A DNA stretch of 35,843 nucleotides from assembly GCA_041562555.1 (NCBI GenBank), contig JBFEXS010000008.1, positions 1-35,843 of the forward strand. Reading direction: 5' to 3'. The notes beneath the pieces were generated by a model. The model saw nothing but the letters and a program-made list of their open reading frames with translations, did not search any database and had not been told where the DNA came from. Source of the stretch: Sulfurimonadaceae bacterium (GTDB lineage Bacteria; Campylobacterota; Campylobacteria; Campylobacterales; Sulfurimonadaceae). This document shows positions 1 to 9,096 of this stretch, one piece after another; within the stretch, counting starts at the first letter, position 1; each line of letters opens with the position of its first letter. Both the position numbers and the translations under genes were made by a program.

Positions 1-54
1 CTTCATTTCCGTAGTGTAGAAAAGTCTTGGGATGGAGTTGACGGGATATGGGTA

Positions 55-77
55 TTCCCAAGAAAGTCTCTTGGGAA
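55..77 (-). terminator. Perfect 9-bp stem hairpin downstream of the DUF2892 gene (terminator-like, no U-tract)
   Basis: TTCCCAAGA(55-63)-AAGTC-TCTTGGGAA(69-77), 9 nt past the stop at 87-89. Confidence 0.5.
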
Positions 78-86
78 GAGGGTGTC

Positions 87-290
87 TTATTCTTCTTCTT
101 TCTCTTTTGGTGTACATCCGGTATCAATCCCGATCAGTGTATAAAGCGGACAGAAACTGATAAGTGAGGTACCCAAAGCAACGGCACCTATGATCGCCAA
201 CCACCAATATGGTGTTGAGAGTGCTGCAGCTAAAAGTACAAGGCCGATGACGGCACGAATGATTCTATCGATTTTTCCCATGTTACACAT
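87..290 (-). CDS. DUF2892 (YgaP-like) small membrane protein
   Basis: NMGKIDRIIR...G..SFCPLYTLIGIDT motif, two hydrophobic segments, AGGGG SD before ATG 290, TATAAT at 327-322. Confidence 0.9.
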   Translation of the reverse strand: MCNMGKIDRIIRAVIGLVLLAAALSTPYWWLAIIGAVALGTSLISFCPLYTLIGIDTGCTPKEKEEE

Positions 291-369
291 GTTTTCCCCT
301 TTGTTTCTTTGTGGTGATACTATTATAGGATATTTTTTGATGAATGTAGGTTCCTTGGTTCACATTCGC

Positions 370-375
370 TACAAT
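370..375 (+). promoter_or_regulatory. sigma70 -10 element (TACAAT), probable leaderless pepP promoter
   Basis: TACAAT ends 6 nt before ATG 382; no SD in between. Confidence 0.55.
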
Positions 376-381
376 TACTGT

Positions 382-1707
382 ATGAAAAACACTACTATAT
401 ATTCAAAACGACGTAAACAGATCTTCAAGCAGATATCCGAGGGTGTCGCACTTATTCCATCGGCACGGATGGTAACGCGAAGTAATGACACTGAATTTCC
501 TTTTCGTCAGGAAAGTAATTTTTATTATTTGACAGGGTTTGATGAACCTGATTGTCTTTTACTCTTATGCAAACAGGGAAAAGATGAAAAGAGTGTTCTC
601 TTTTTACGTGAGAGAAATCCCGAGATGGAGATGTGGGTGGGCAAGCGTCTTGGTGTAGAGGCAGCCAAAGAGACCCTGGGAGTGGATGAAGCCTATAGTA
701 TCTCTCTTCTGGAGGAGGAGCTTCCGAAGTTACTTGAAGGGCATGTAAACCTTTATCTTGACACCTTCAGCGACAATATCTACCTCAATCGTGTCAAAGA
801 AGTCTGCCATACACTGATGCATACACGCAGTATTGATCTCTCACCGCGTCATTTTATGCACTTGAATACAGTGTTGGAAAAAGCACGTCTGATCAAAGAA
901 CCTTATGAGATCGAGCAGATCAGAAAAGCGCTGCTCATCACTCAGCAGGCACATCATGCAGCAATGGCTTTTGTTCAACCGGGTAAAAAAGAGTATGAGG
1001 TCCAGGCATTGATGGAATATATCTTTAAGAAAGAGGGTTCCAAACATGATGCTTACGGCACTATTGTCGCAGGTGGGAATAATGCCAATACCCTTCATTA
1101 TGTCGATAATTCTCAAGGATTGAAGGCTGGAGAGATGATGCTTATTGATGCAGGTTGCGAGTGGAACTACTATGCTTCGGATATAACGCGTACAACACCA
1201 ATAAACGGTTCGTTCAGTAAGCCTCAGCAAGCCTTATATGAAGGAATTCTCGATGCTCAGCTCAAGATCATTAATAGCATCAAACCCGGGGTGTCCAAAC
1301 AGCTACTGCAGCAAAAAAGTGAACGTCTTCTCACTCAGGTGATGGTTGATCTTGGCATCTTGCAGGGTTCAGTGGACAGTTTGGTCGAGACAAAGGCGTT
1401 TAAAAAGTATTATCCCCATGGTATCGGACATTGGATGGGGCTTGATGTACATGACACCTGCCCGTATAAAGATGAGAAGGGAGATGAGATAGTATTTGAA
1501 GAGGGTGTGATCCTCACGATCGAACCTGCTATCTATCTGCCTGAAGATGATCCGGATATTCCCGAAGCATACCGGGGTATCGGTATTCGTACGGAAGATG
1601 ACATATTGGTGACAAAAAAAGGATATGAGAACCTCTCATCCGGCATTGCGAAGGAAATTGATGAGGTATGCAGGGTCTGTGCTATGGATTATAGAGAGTT
1701 TATATGA
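382..1707 (+). CDS. pepP: Xaa-Pro aminopeptidase (aminopeptidase P, M24B)
   Basis: FRQESNFYYLTG N-domain; DAGCE, SDITRT, HGIGHWMGLDVHD, TIEPAIY, RTEDD metal-ligand motifs. Start moved from 190, which overlaps the divergent gene, to ATG 382. Confidence 0.93.
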   Translation: MKNTTIYSKRRKQIFKQISEGVALIPSARMVTRSNDTEFPFRQESNFYYLTGFDEPDCLLLLCKQGKDEKSVLFLRERNPEMEMWVGKRLGVEAAKETLGVDEAYSISLLEEELPKLLEGHVNLYLDTFSDNIYLNRVKEVCHTLMHTRSIDLSPRHFMHLNTVLEKARLIKEPYEIEQIRKALLITQQAHHAAMAFVQPGKKEYEVQALMEYIFKKEGSKHDAYGTIVAGGNNANTLHYVDNSQGLKAGEMMLIDAGCEWNYYASDITRTTPINGSFSKPQQALYEGILDAQLKIINSIKPGVSKQLLQQKSERLLTQVMVDLGILQGSVDSLVETKAFKKYYPHGIGHWMGLDVHDTCPYKDEKGDEIVFEEGVILTIEPAIYLPEDDPDIPEAYRGIGIRTEDDILVTKKGYENLSSGIAKEIDEVCRVCAMDYREFI

Positions 1708-1783
1708 CAAATAGGCGGCAGTTGTAAAACGAATGTAATCATTTTGTATCCTTTATAGGTTAGAATTCTATTTTTAATAAAGG

Positions 1784-2365
1784 GTGAATGTGAAAAAAAT
1801 TGTAGCGAGTCTTATTTGTCTTCTTGCCGGTAACGTGTTGGCAAATGAGCTATATTTTGGGGCTGATGTTGCTTTTTCAGCCAATACGAACAAATATACG
1901 GGGCCTACAGACCCAAGTCAAAATTATGATGTAGGCAATGATTACACTGAATTGAAGCTACAGCTTGGTTACGGGGAAGAGGCTGATGTGAAAATCCAGG
2001 GATACTTTTCCTATCTTGCATATGATGAAGGTATTTATGACAGTACGAACGAGGGATTGTATGAATTTGGAGCAGAACTGATTAAAGAGTTTGCCTATGA
2101 TGAAGACATCTTTCCATTTGTAAAAGCCGGATTTGGTTTTGGATTTATGGGAGTCAATGGGTATACAAAGGACATGGCTACCGAAGTAGGGGGAAACCTG
2201 GGTGCGGGAGTGCGCTATAAACTGGATGAGGATATCTCATTAAAAGGCGGTTTGGACCTTGTATTCCGTCAATGGGACAGTGTATATGCAAATTCGACTC
2301 TGAAACAGACAAACCTTCAGACAGACTCAACAAAACTTTACTTCGGGATAGAATATACATTTTAG
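1784..2365 (+). CDS. Outer-membrane beta-barrel protein (OmpA/OmpW-like porin family)
   Basis: Signal peptide (KKIVASLICLLAGNVLA), amphipathic strands (PFVKAGFGFG, GNLGAGVRY), C-terminal YTF; real start may be GTG 1790; TAGAAT at 1761-1766. Confidence 0.8.
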   Translation: MNVKKIVASLICLLAGNVLANELYFGADVAFSANTNKYTGPTDPSQNYDVGNDYTELKLQLGYGEEADVKIQGYFSYLAYDEGIYDSTNEGLYEFGAELIKEFAYDEDIFPFVKAGFGFGFMGVNGYTKDMATEVGGNLGAGVRYKLDEDISLKGGLDLVFRQWDSVYANSTLKQTNLQTDSTKLYFGIEYTF

Positions 2366-2367
2366 TA

Positions 2368-4296
2368 TCAAAAGGTATATTTAAACCCTAGATAGAAGCG
2401 TGAATCATGATCTTTCGGTATCGTCGGGACATTCGGATGGTTTCGTCCGATTTCGGGAAGGTCTATCTCTTCATTGAGAATGTTGTTAGCGATCGCTTCA
2501 ACACTTAAACCTTCCAGACTCTCAAAGGAATACTCCATAGAGATATTCATTAAAATATAGGCAGAAGCATCCCCCCATGAATCAAGATATTTTACTGCTG
2601 AGTTGAAGCGAAGGTTGTCAAAAGCATGCTGCGAGATTCCCCCTGTCAGCATGTGTTCGTAGATGAGATTCGTTCGGGAAGCGGCATTTCCCTTATCCTC
2701 TTTGGTATAAGCGTATCCAAGAAACCCTGAAAGACCTTCCTTTAGGGAAAACTTGGTGTTAAGCTCCAGACCATAATAGTAAATATTGTCAGTATTCTGA
2801 TTCTCCTGTATACCACCGCCGATATCCACAAGGTCGATTTTCTCTTTTATGGCCGTATAAAAGAGATCGGCGCTGTAATAGAAGGAATCAAGCTTATGGA
2901 TCAACACAAGGTCAAAGGATTCACTCCTTTCACTCTCGAGTGAAACGTTAGGCGATATCCCGGTGTCACGCACCTCCTTTTCAAGATATGTCGGATTGCG
3001 GTAAGCCTGAGAATAGAGGGCTTTGATACGAAGCTCGTCTATGGGTGCATAGAGCAATCCTGCCCGCAGGGAGACATCATGGTTATGGATCACTTCATCG
3101 TTGATGGTATCACGGTAACTTGAGATGGAATAACGCCCTCCATAGACAAGATCAATAGCATCATTGATGTGATAGTTCCCATTATCATACAGCGAGCTGT
3201 TATGGGTCTGTTCATCATATTCCCCGACATCAAAACCACCTGTTTCAGATCGATAGCGTTGGGCATTCGTTTGTTCTAAACTGATGCCTAATACATTATG
3301 GTTCTTGGAGTCTTCAAACATATGAAGCTCAAGCTCGTGATACCATGACCATGATTCATGTTCCCACTGCGCATATGTACGTCGTTTGTCCAAGGACCAG
3401 TCATGATAGGCGGTTTTAAACTTCAATGCAAAGTCACGATCAATCTCCAAATCGAAGCCGAAAGCGACCAGATACTCAAGCTCACTGTTGCCTTCTCTGG
3501 CATCGACAGAGGGAAATCCTTCGACAAAACCGCGGGTCTGGTAATTGTCTATATGCCGGTCATAAAACTGCAGATGTACCCAGAGGTCTTTATAGCTGGC
3601 TTTTGCGACAAGGGCATCTACCTCATATTCCTGAGCAAAGTCTCTGCTGCGATTGTCTTCATCATAAATAGAGTAGGTGGCTTCATCCGAACTTGTCCTG
3701 TCGGCAAAAAGACGAAGGCTTCCTTTGGTGAAATCATGTGCCATTGAAATCTCTGAATGTAGAGTGTTAAAACTTCCATAACGGGTTCGAAGCATCTCCT
3801 CCGTCTCACTTTTGACGGTAATGATATTGATGACCCCATTGATGGCATTTGAACCATATAAGACCGAATTGGCACCTTTGAGAAGTTCAATACGCTGGAT
3901 TGAGCTTAAAGGGATTATATCAAGATTAAAGGTTCCGTTATAGGGGTTGCGAATAGGGATGCCGTCTATGAGTAAAAGGGTGTGTGTGTTGTGATTTACC
4001 AGGGTGTTTCCCCGGATAGTGCTTGTTTGAAATACATTCCCTTCTGCATTGAGGCTGGAGATACCGGTAGCGAATTCCAGACATTCGGAGAGACGATTAC
4101 ATTTAAGAAGTTCCAGCTCGTTTTTAGAGATGACCTCCATGGCAGAAGGGGAGTTCAAGAGGCTTTGATCCCTCTTGCTTGCGGAGTTGACGGTGATATT
4201 GAGTGGGTCTGTTGCAGGGTTGTCTAGCATCGAGTCTTTCGTAGGGTCAGCATATATGAGAGAACAGAGGAAGACTAAAAGAGTAACACGGTGCAT
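2368..4296 (-). CDS. TonB-dependent receptor (plug + barrel)
   Basis: Plug motifs IRG, LLLIDGIP, IQRIELLKGANSVLYGSNAINGVINIIT; barrel motifs YSQAYRNPT, NNILNE; C-terminal RFYLGFKYTF; signal peptide. Confidence 0.93.
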   Translation of the reverse strand: MHRVTLLVFLCSLIYADPTKDSMLDNPATDPLNITVNSASKRDQSLLNSPSAMEVISKNELELLKCNRLSECLEFATGISSLNAEGNVFQTSTIRGNTLVNHNTHTLLLIDGIPIRNPYNGTFNLDIIPLSSIQRIELLKGANSVLYGSNAINGVINIITVKSETEEMLRTRYGSFNTLHSEISMAHDFTKGSLRLFADRTSSDEATYSIYDEDNRSRDFAQEYEVDALVAKASYKDLWVHLQFYDRHIDNYQTRGFVEGFPSVDAREGNSELEYLVAFGFDLEIDRDFALKFKTAYHDWSLDKRRTYAQWEHESWSWYHELELHMFEDSKNHNVLGISLEQTNAQRYRSETGGFDVGEYDEQTHNSSLYDNGNYHINDAIDLVYGGRYSISSYRDTINDEVIHNHDVSLRAGLLYAPIDELRIKALYSQAYRNPTYLEKEVRDTGISPNVSLESERSESFDLVLIHKLDSFYYSADLFYTAIKEKIDLVDIGGGIQENQNTDNIYYYGLELNTKFSLKEGLSGFLGYAYTKEDKGNAASRTNLIYEHMLTGGISQHAFDNLRFNSAVKYLDSWGDASAYILMNISMEYSFESLEGLSVEAIANNILNEEIDLPEIGRNHPNVPTIPKDHDSRFYLGFKYTF

Positions 4297-4411
4297 CAGG
4301 GACCTTCAAAAAAAGTTATATTGATGATACCATATTTTACTTTTTGAGCTGTACGGGATGGGGAAAATGGTCGGATAAAGTAGTGTATAATTTCGATTTT
4401 AAGGAGAGATA

Positions 4412-5128
4412 ATGATCAATAAAAATTTTTTGACAAACTTTTTTGCTTTAGTAATATCCCTAGGGGGGTATTTTGCAACGGAGCCCGTACATACACCTCT
4501 TTTATATATAGGCCTGTTCGCATTATCGGGGGCTTTGACAAATGCTCTTGCCGTGCATATGTTGTTTGAAAGAGTGCCGTTTTTATATGGTTCAGGGGTG
4601 ATTTCTCAGAACTTTGAGTCTTTTAAATCCAGTATCAAAAGTTTAATGATGCGTGAGTTCTTTACACCGGAGAACATGCAGCGCTTTTTAGAACAGGAGG
4701 AAAAGAAGCTGGACTTGGAACCGGTGATTGAGAAGACAGACTTTTCACCGGCATATGATGCCCTGGCCAAAACAGTCATGGAATCTCCGTTTGGCGGGAT
4801 GCTCGGGATGTTTGGAGGAGAAAAGGCGATTGAGGGTTTAAGAGCACCCTTTGAATCAAAGATGAAACAGGCTGTCAAAGAGATCGCGAAAAGTGATTCG
4901 TTCCAGGGAAATATTAACGAGGTCCTTTCAAACTCAAGTTTGAGTGAAGATATCAATAATAAGATCGAAGCGGCTATAGATGCACGTATGCAGGAACTGG
5001 ATGCATCGATGGTTAAAGAGATGATCCAGAAGATCATCAAAGAACACCTTGGCTGGCTGGTAGTCTGGGGAGGAGTGTTCGGCGGATTGATCGGCCTTCT
5101 CTCTGCAATCGTTGTAAAAACTATCTAA
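4412..5128 (+). CDS. DUF445 family membrane protein
   Basis: GALTNALAVHMLFERVPFLYGSGVI and HLGWLVVWGGVFGGLIG motifs; AAGGAG SD; TATAAT at 4386-4391. Confidence 0.88.
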   Translation: MINKNFLTNFFALVISLGGYFATEPVHTPLLYIGLFALSGALTNALAVHMLFERVPFLYGSGVISQNFESFKSSIKSLMMREFFTPENMQRFLEQEEKKLDLEPVIEKTDFSPAYDALAKTVMESPFGGMLGMFGGEKAIEGLRAPFESKMKQAVKEIAKSDSFQGNINEVLSNSSLSEDINNKIEAAIDARMQELDASMVKEMIQKIIKEHLGWLVVWGGVFGGLIGLLSAIVVKTI

Positions 5129-5565
5129 GCCTTGATCACATAGGACAAGATATCAGCGACTTGTTTTGTCGTAGTCGCCCATGCCATGGCTTGTGCATCC
5201 ACTTCCTTGAGAGGATGGATGATATTCTCATCATGCAAAGTGATATAGGGAATATCCATAGCAGCACACTGTCCCGCATCAAAAGCAGCATTCCACTGTT
5301 TGTATTCCTGACCGAAACGTATAATAGCGATATCACTCTGCTTTAACATCGTCTTTGTCCGGATTGCATTGACTTTGGCTGACTTGTGATCACGCCAAAA
5401 CTGCTGCTGTTCCTCACCGAGATGATCTCCTGCTGCATCACTGGACTCATGATGGGTGACGGCTGAGACGTAGTTGATTTCCAAACCCGCTTCTTGCGTA
5501 GCTCGCTTGATCTCCTCACGCCAATCAGTGTGAATCTCACCCGAAAGATATACCGTTAGTGCCAT
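5125..5565 (-). CDS. YtoQ family protein (nucleoside deoxyribosyltransferase-like fold)
   Basis: VYLSGEIHTDWRE, YKQWNAAFDAG, HPLKEVDA motifs; AAGGAG SD. Confidence 0.9.
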   Translation of the reverse strand: MALTVYLSGEIHTDWREEIKRATQEAGLEINYVSAVTHHESSDAAGDHLGEEQQQFWRDHKSAKVNAIRTKTMLKQSDIAIIRFGQEYKQWNAAFDAGQCAAMDIPYITLHDENIIHPLKEVDAQAMAWATTTKQVADILSYVIKA

Positions 5566-5585
5566 TGACTCTCCTTTTGTATTGG

Positions 5586-5792
5586 TTAGGAGATGACTTC
5601 AAGGGTGACATCACCGATAGAGATGACCTCTCCAACCTTTATTTTTGCCCGTTTACGGGTCTCTTCTTCACCATTTCTGGAGACATACCCCTCCGCAATG
5701 AGTTGCTTTGCTTCGGCTCCGCTGTCAACGAGATCAGCTGCTTTGATCAGTTTATAAAGCTCTATATATTCATCTGAGATCTTAAATTGCAT
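5586..5792 (-). CDS. S4-domain RNA-binding protein (YaaA/YbcJ family)
   Basis: EYIELYKLIK...SGAEAKQLIAEGYVSRNGEEETRKRAKI. Confidence 0.9.
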   Translation of the reverse strand: MQFKISDEYIELYKLIKAADLVDSGAEAKQLIAEGYVSRNGEEETRKRAKIKVGEVISIGDVTLEVIS

Positions 5793-5873
5793 GTGTACCC
5801 ATTTTTTATTTTAATGTAATCATAACGAAGAGCTGTTAAAATACTTGTTAATCGCTGTACAGAAAGGGATCAG

Positions 5874-6467
5874 ATGAAAAAGTGGAGTAAAAGTTTCAGA
5901 ATATGGCACTGGTTACATGCTTTGGTGGTACTCAGCCTGATCGGTACGGTATTATTACGTAAAACATTTTTATCGTATAAAACCAATAGTGAGATCCTGA
6001 TCGGTCAGTTAGTCAACATGGATATAAATATCACAGTCGCACAGGCGAAAACCCTTGCCAAAGCAGTGCGTGCACCGATGTGGGAATGGCATATCTTATT
6101 GGGGTACGCTCTGAGTGTACTTTTGCTTATCCGATTGCTTCTGTTTTTTACACAAAGTGGCCGAAATGGCTTTGGTGCACTTGGAGGAAATGATCTACAC
6201 AAGAAACTTGTCAGCACAGGATACATAGGTATTTACCTAGTATTAACGTTCATGAGCATGAGTGGTTTGCTGATTACATTCCATCAAGATCTTGGCTTGT
6301 CAAAGGCAGCGGCACATGATATCAAAGAGATTCATGAGGCGATCTTCAATGTGGTATGGATCTTTGTTGTGTTTCATATAGGCGGATTGATAGTAGCCGA
6401 GAACAGAGACGATCAGGGATTGATATCAGATATGATAAACGGGGGGATGAATAACAGAAGTATGTGA
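5874..6467 (+). CDS. Cytochrome b (b561/Ni-Fe hydrogenase-type di-heme membrane protein)
   Basis: Four TM helices with His ligands: RIWHW, EWHILLG, KEIHE, FHIGG; C-terminal LISDMING; TG-T-TAAAAT at 5834-5842. Confidence 0.85.
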   Translation: MKKWSKSFRIWHWLHALVVLSLIGTVLLRKTFLSYKTNSEILIGQLVNMDINITVAQAKTLAKAVRAPMWEWHILLGYALSVLLLIRLLLFFTQSGRNGFGALGGNDLHKKLVSTGYIGIYLVLTFMSMSGLLITFHQDLGLSKAAAHDIKEIHEAIFNVVWIFVVFHIGGLIVAENRDDQGLISDMINGGMNNRSM

Positions 6468-6487
6468 GATAGGAAAAGTCCTATCTC
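6466..6487. terminator. Perfect 9-bp hairpin between convergent cytochrome b and RRM genes
   Basis: GAGATAGGA-AAAG-TCCTATCTC. Confidence 0.6.
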
Positions 6488-6496
6488 GAGGTGTCT

Positions 6497-6769
6497 TTAC
6501 CAAGTATCTCTCGGAGGACGTGCGGGACGAGGACGTGCTTCATTCACACGCAGGGTTCTTCCATCAAATTCCTTACCTTCTAAGTCAGAAATCGCTTCAT
6601 CTGCACAAGCGCCATCGGCCATCTCGACAAATCCGAATCCACGAAATCTACCTGTTTCACGGTCGTTAATAAATTTAACTGAATTTACTTCTCCAAATTC
6701 TGCAAATAAATTTTGCAAGTCCTCTTCGGTTTTACTATACGGGATATTCCCTACATAGATCTGTTTCAC
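6497..6769 (-). CDS. RRM (RNP-1) RNA-binding protein
   Basis: RNP2 IYVGNI, RNP1 RGFGFVEM, DRETGR, GRTLRVNEARPR; GTG start with GGAG SD. Confidence 0.95.
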   Translation of the reverse strand: MKQIYVGNIPYSKTEEDLQNLFAEFGEVNSVKFINDRETGRFRGFGFVEMADGACADEAISDLEGKEFDGRTLRVNEARPRPARPPRDTW

Positions 6770-7011
6770 ATTGCACTCCGTTGAATTAAAAAAATATTAT
6801 TATAAAACTGTAAATAACAGAAATGAATAATATGACGATTATCTTAGTATAAGTTTTCTTAATCTAAACTGTAAATAGACCTATCAACATAAACAAAATA
6901 TGAATATTCTTTTTTCTTATGTTTTATATCTGTTTTTCATTAGAATTATTGCTTTGTCAAGATCTGAGGTACAATACGACTAACTATATCTCAGTCTAAA
7001 AGAAGTATACG

Positions 7012-9096
7012 ATGAAAACAGACAGCCTTTATATCTCTTCAGTCAAACCACATGCGGGCAGTTTGATCATCAGTATGGGGATGATGGAAATATTAAGGGC
7101 AAGGTTTGAAAAGATAGCTTTCTTCAAACCCTTCATCGAGACAGATAAAAAAGAGGATAGCGATATCCGTTTTATGATGGATCATTATAATCTTGAGATG
7201 AAATACGAGCAGGCTTACTCCTGTTGTGTGGATGAAGCCGAAGAGATGATCTCAAACAAGGGAATGCAAGGCCTGTTTTCAAGGATAATAACGGACTTTA
7301 AAGCCTTACAGGAAGAGTATGATTTTATTTTGTGTGAGGGACTGAATAAAGAGTGCTTCAGTATGAGTATCCTGCAGGATCTGAATATGTTGGTGAGTAA
7401 GAACCTGGGCACACCCTTCATCTCTGTATTGAATGCAAAGGACAAAAGCATTAAAGAGATCGATGAAGAATTGCGTATAGAGAATGAGGTCCTGAACAAA
7501 CAGGGCTGCATTCATTTTGCCAGTTTCATCAACAGAGTGGATACACAAAACCTTGCAGATGCACAAGCGGCATTCGAGAGCTTAGACAATACCTTTGTAC
7601 TGCCAGAGATAGATGAACTGGATTTCACAACGGTTCAAGAAGTGATGCAATCACTTGGATGTAAATGTCTCTATGGGACAAATATCGATCTGCATCGTAC
7701 GATTAAACGTTCAAAGATTGCTGCGATGACGCTGGAAAATTTCATTACCCGAATGGACGATGGGGATTTTGTGATCGTACCGGGAGACAGGTCAGATATT
7801 CTTTTGGGTATTTTAGCCAGTTACTATTCTCAGCATCATCCTACCGTCTCCGGTGTTCTGCTCACAGGCGGTGTTGTGCCATCTACAGAGATCATGGACC
7901 TTATTAAGGGGATGAATGAGGATTTTACCATACCACTTATCAGTACCGGAGTCGATACATTTGAGGCAGCGATGCAAGTCCAACATGTGTGTGCCAAGAT
8001 CCATCCTGACAGTGAGAGGAAGATCGCTTTGGCCATTGGACTCTTTAATACGCATGTCAATACGGCACTGTTAAGTGAGAGGTTCTTCCGTTACGAATCG
8101 AAGATCATGACACCGCTTATGTTTGAATACGGTCTTTTTGAAAAGGCAAGGGCAAATAAAAAGCATATTGTTCTGCCGGAGAGTTCCGATGAGAGGATAT
8201 TGCGTGCTACAGAGATATTGCTCAGACGAAATGTTGTTGATATTACGCTCTTGGGCAAGCGAGATGAAATCGAGTTCAAGGCCTTATCCTTAAACCTCGA
8301 TATTTCAAGGGCACAGATCATTGACCCGTATCATTCAGAGCTCTTGGAAGAGTTTATAGATGTGTTTTATCAACAGCGTAAAGAAAAGGGCTTGACGTTG
8401 CATGCTGCCAAAGATGCAATGGTACATTCCAACTATTTTGCCACTATGATGGTACATATGGGGTATGTCGACGGTATGGTTTCCGGTGCCAAACATACGA
8501 CTCAGGACACAATCCGCCCGGCTTTACAGATCATCAAGACCAAAGGGAATATTGATCTTGTGTCCAGTCTGTTCTTTATGTGCATGGATACCAAGGTCCT
8601 GGTCTATGCGGATTGTGCGATAAACCAGGAACCAACCGCTGATGAATTGGCCCAGATCGCTATCTCATCGGCACATACAGCGCAGTCTTTTGGTATCGAA
8701 GCAAAGATTGCGATGCTCTCATATTCTACAGGTGATTCAGGAAAGGGCGAAGATGTACAAAAGGTCAAAGAAGCGACTGCGTATGTTAGGCAAAGGGCTC
8801 CTGAACTCTTGGTCGAGGGACCGATTCAGTATGACGCGGCGATAGACCCAAGCGTTGCGATGCAAAAACTACCCAACAGTGCAGTGGCCGGAGAAGCGAC
8901 CATCTTTATCTTCCCGGACCTTAACACGGGTAATAATACGTATAAGGCGGTACAGCGCTCTTCCGGAGCTGTTGCAATCGGTCCTATTTTGCAGGGGTTG
9001 AAAAAACCGGTGAATGATCTAAGCCGAGGATGTCTGGTCGCAGATATAGTGAATACAGTAGCGATCACCGCGATCCAGGCCGGAGAAGATGAATGA
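7012..9096 (+). CDS. pta: Phosphate acetyltransferase, long form (BioD-like N-domain + DRTGG + PTA_PTB)
   Basis: FFKP, VPGDRSDI (DRTGG), IVLPES, DGMVSGA, GPIQYDAA, FPDLNTGNNTYKAVQR, PVNDLSRG; TACAAT at 6970-6975. Confidence 0.97.
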   Translation: MKTDSLYISSVKPHAGSLIISMGMMEILRARFEKIAFFKPFIETDKKEDSDIRFMMDHYNLEMKYEQAYSCCVDEAEEMISNKGMQGLFSRIITDFKALQEEYDFILCEGLNKECFSMSILQDLNMLVSKNLGTPFISVLNAKDKSIKEIDEELRIENEVLNKQGCIHFASFINRVDTQNLADAQAAFESLDNTFVLPEIDELDFTTVQEVMQSLGCKCLYGTNIDLHRTIKRSKIAAMTLENFITRMDDGDFVIVPGDRSDILLGILASYYSQHHPTVSGVLLTGGVVPSTEIMDLIKGMNEDFTIPLISTGVDTFEAAMQVQHVCAKIHPDSERKIALAIGLFNTHVNTALLSERFFRYESKIMTPLMFEYGLFEKARANKKHIVLPESSDERILRATEILLRRNVVDITLLGKRDEIEFKALSLNLDISRAQIIDPYHSELLEEFIDVFYQQRKEKGLTLHAAKDAMVHSNYFATMMVHMGYVDGMVSGAKHTTQDTIRPALQIIKTKGNIDLVSSLFFMCMDTKVLVYADCAINQEPTADELAQIAISSAHTAQSFGIEAKIAMLSYSTGDSGKGEDVQKVKEATAYVRQRAPELLVEGPIQYDAAIDPSVAMQKLPNSAVAGEATIFIFPDLNTGNNTYKAVQRSSGAVAIGPILQGLKKPVNDLSRGCLVADIVNTVAITAIQAGEDE

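Noticed and set aside
1..6. Possible minus-strand gene start (ATGAAG) at the window edge
   Set aside because: Only two codons are visible, so it cannot be supported
190..381. N-terminal 64-aa extension of the pepP ORF
   Set aside because: It overlaps the divergent DUF2892 gene and both promoters; the recognisable PepP sequence begins at Met 382
2351..2382. Imperfect palindrome at the junction of the two convergent barrel genes
   Set aside because: Explained by both genes ending in Y-T-F codons (barrel C-terminal signal) only 2 bp apart
4320..4340. Possible Fur box upstream of the TonB receptor
   Set aside because: Poor palindrome; better read as the minus-strand extended -10 (TG-G-TATCAT)
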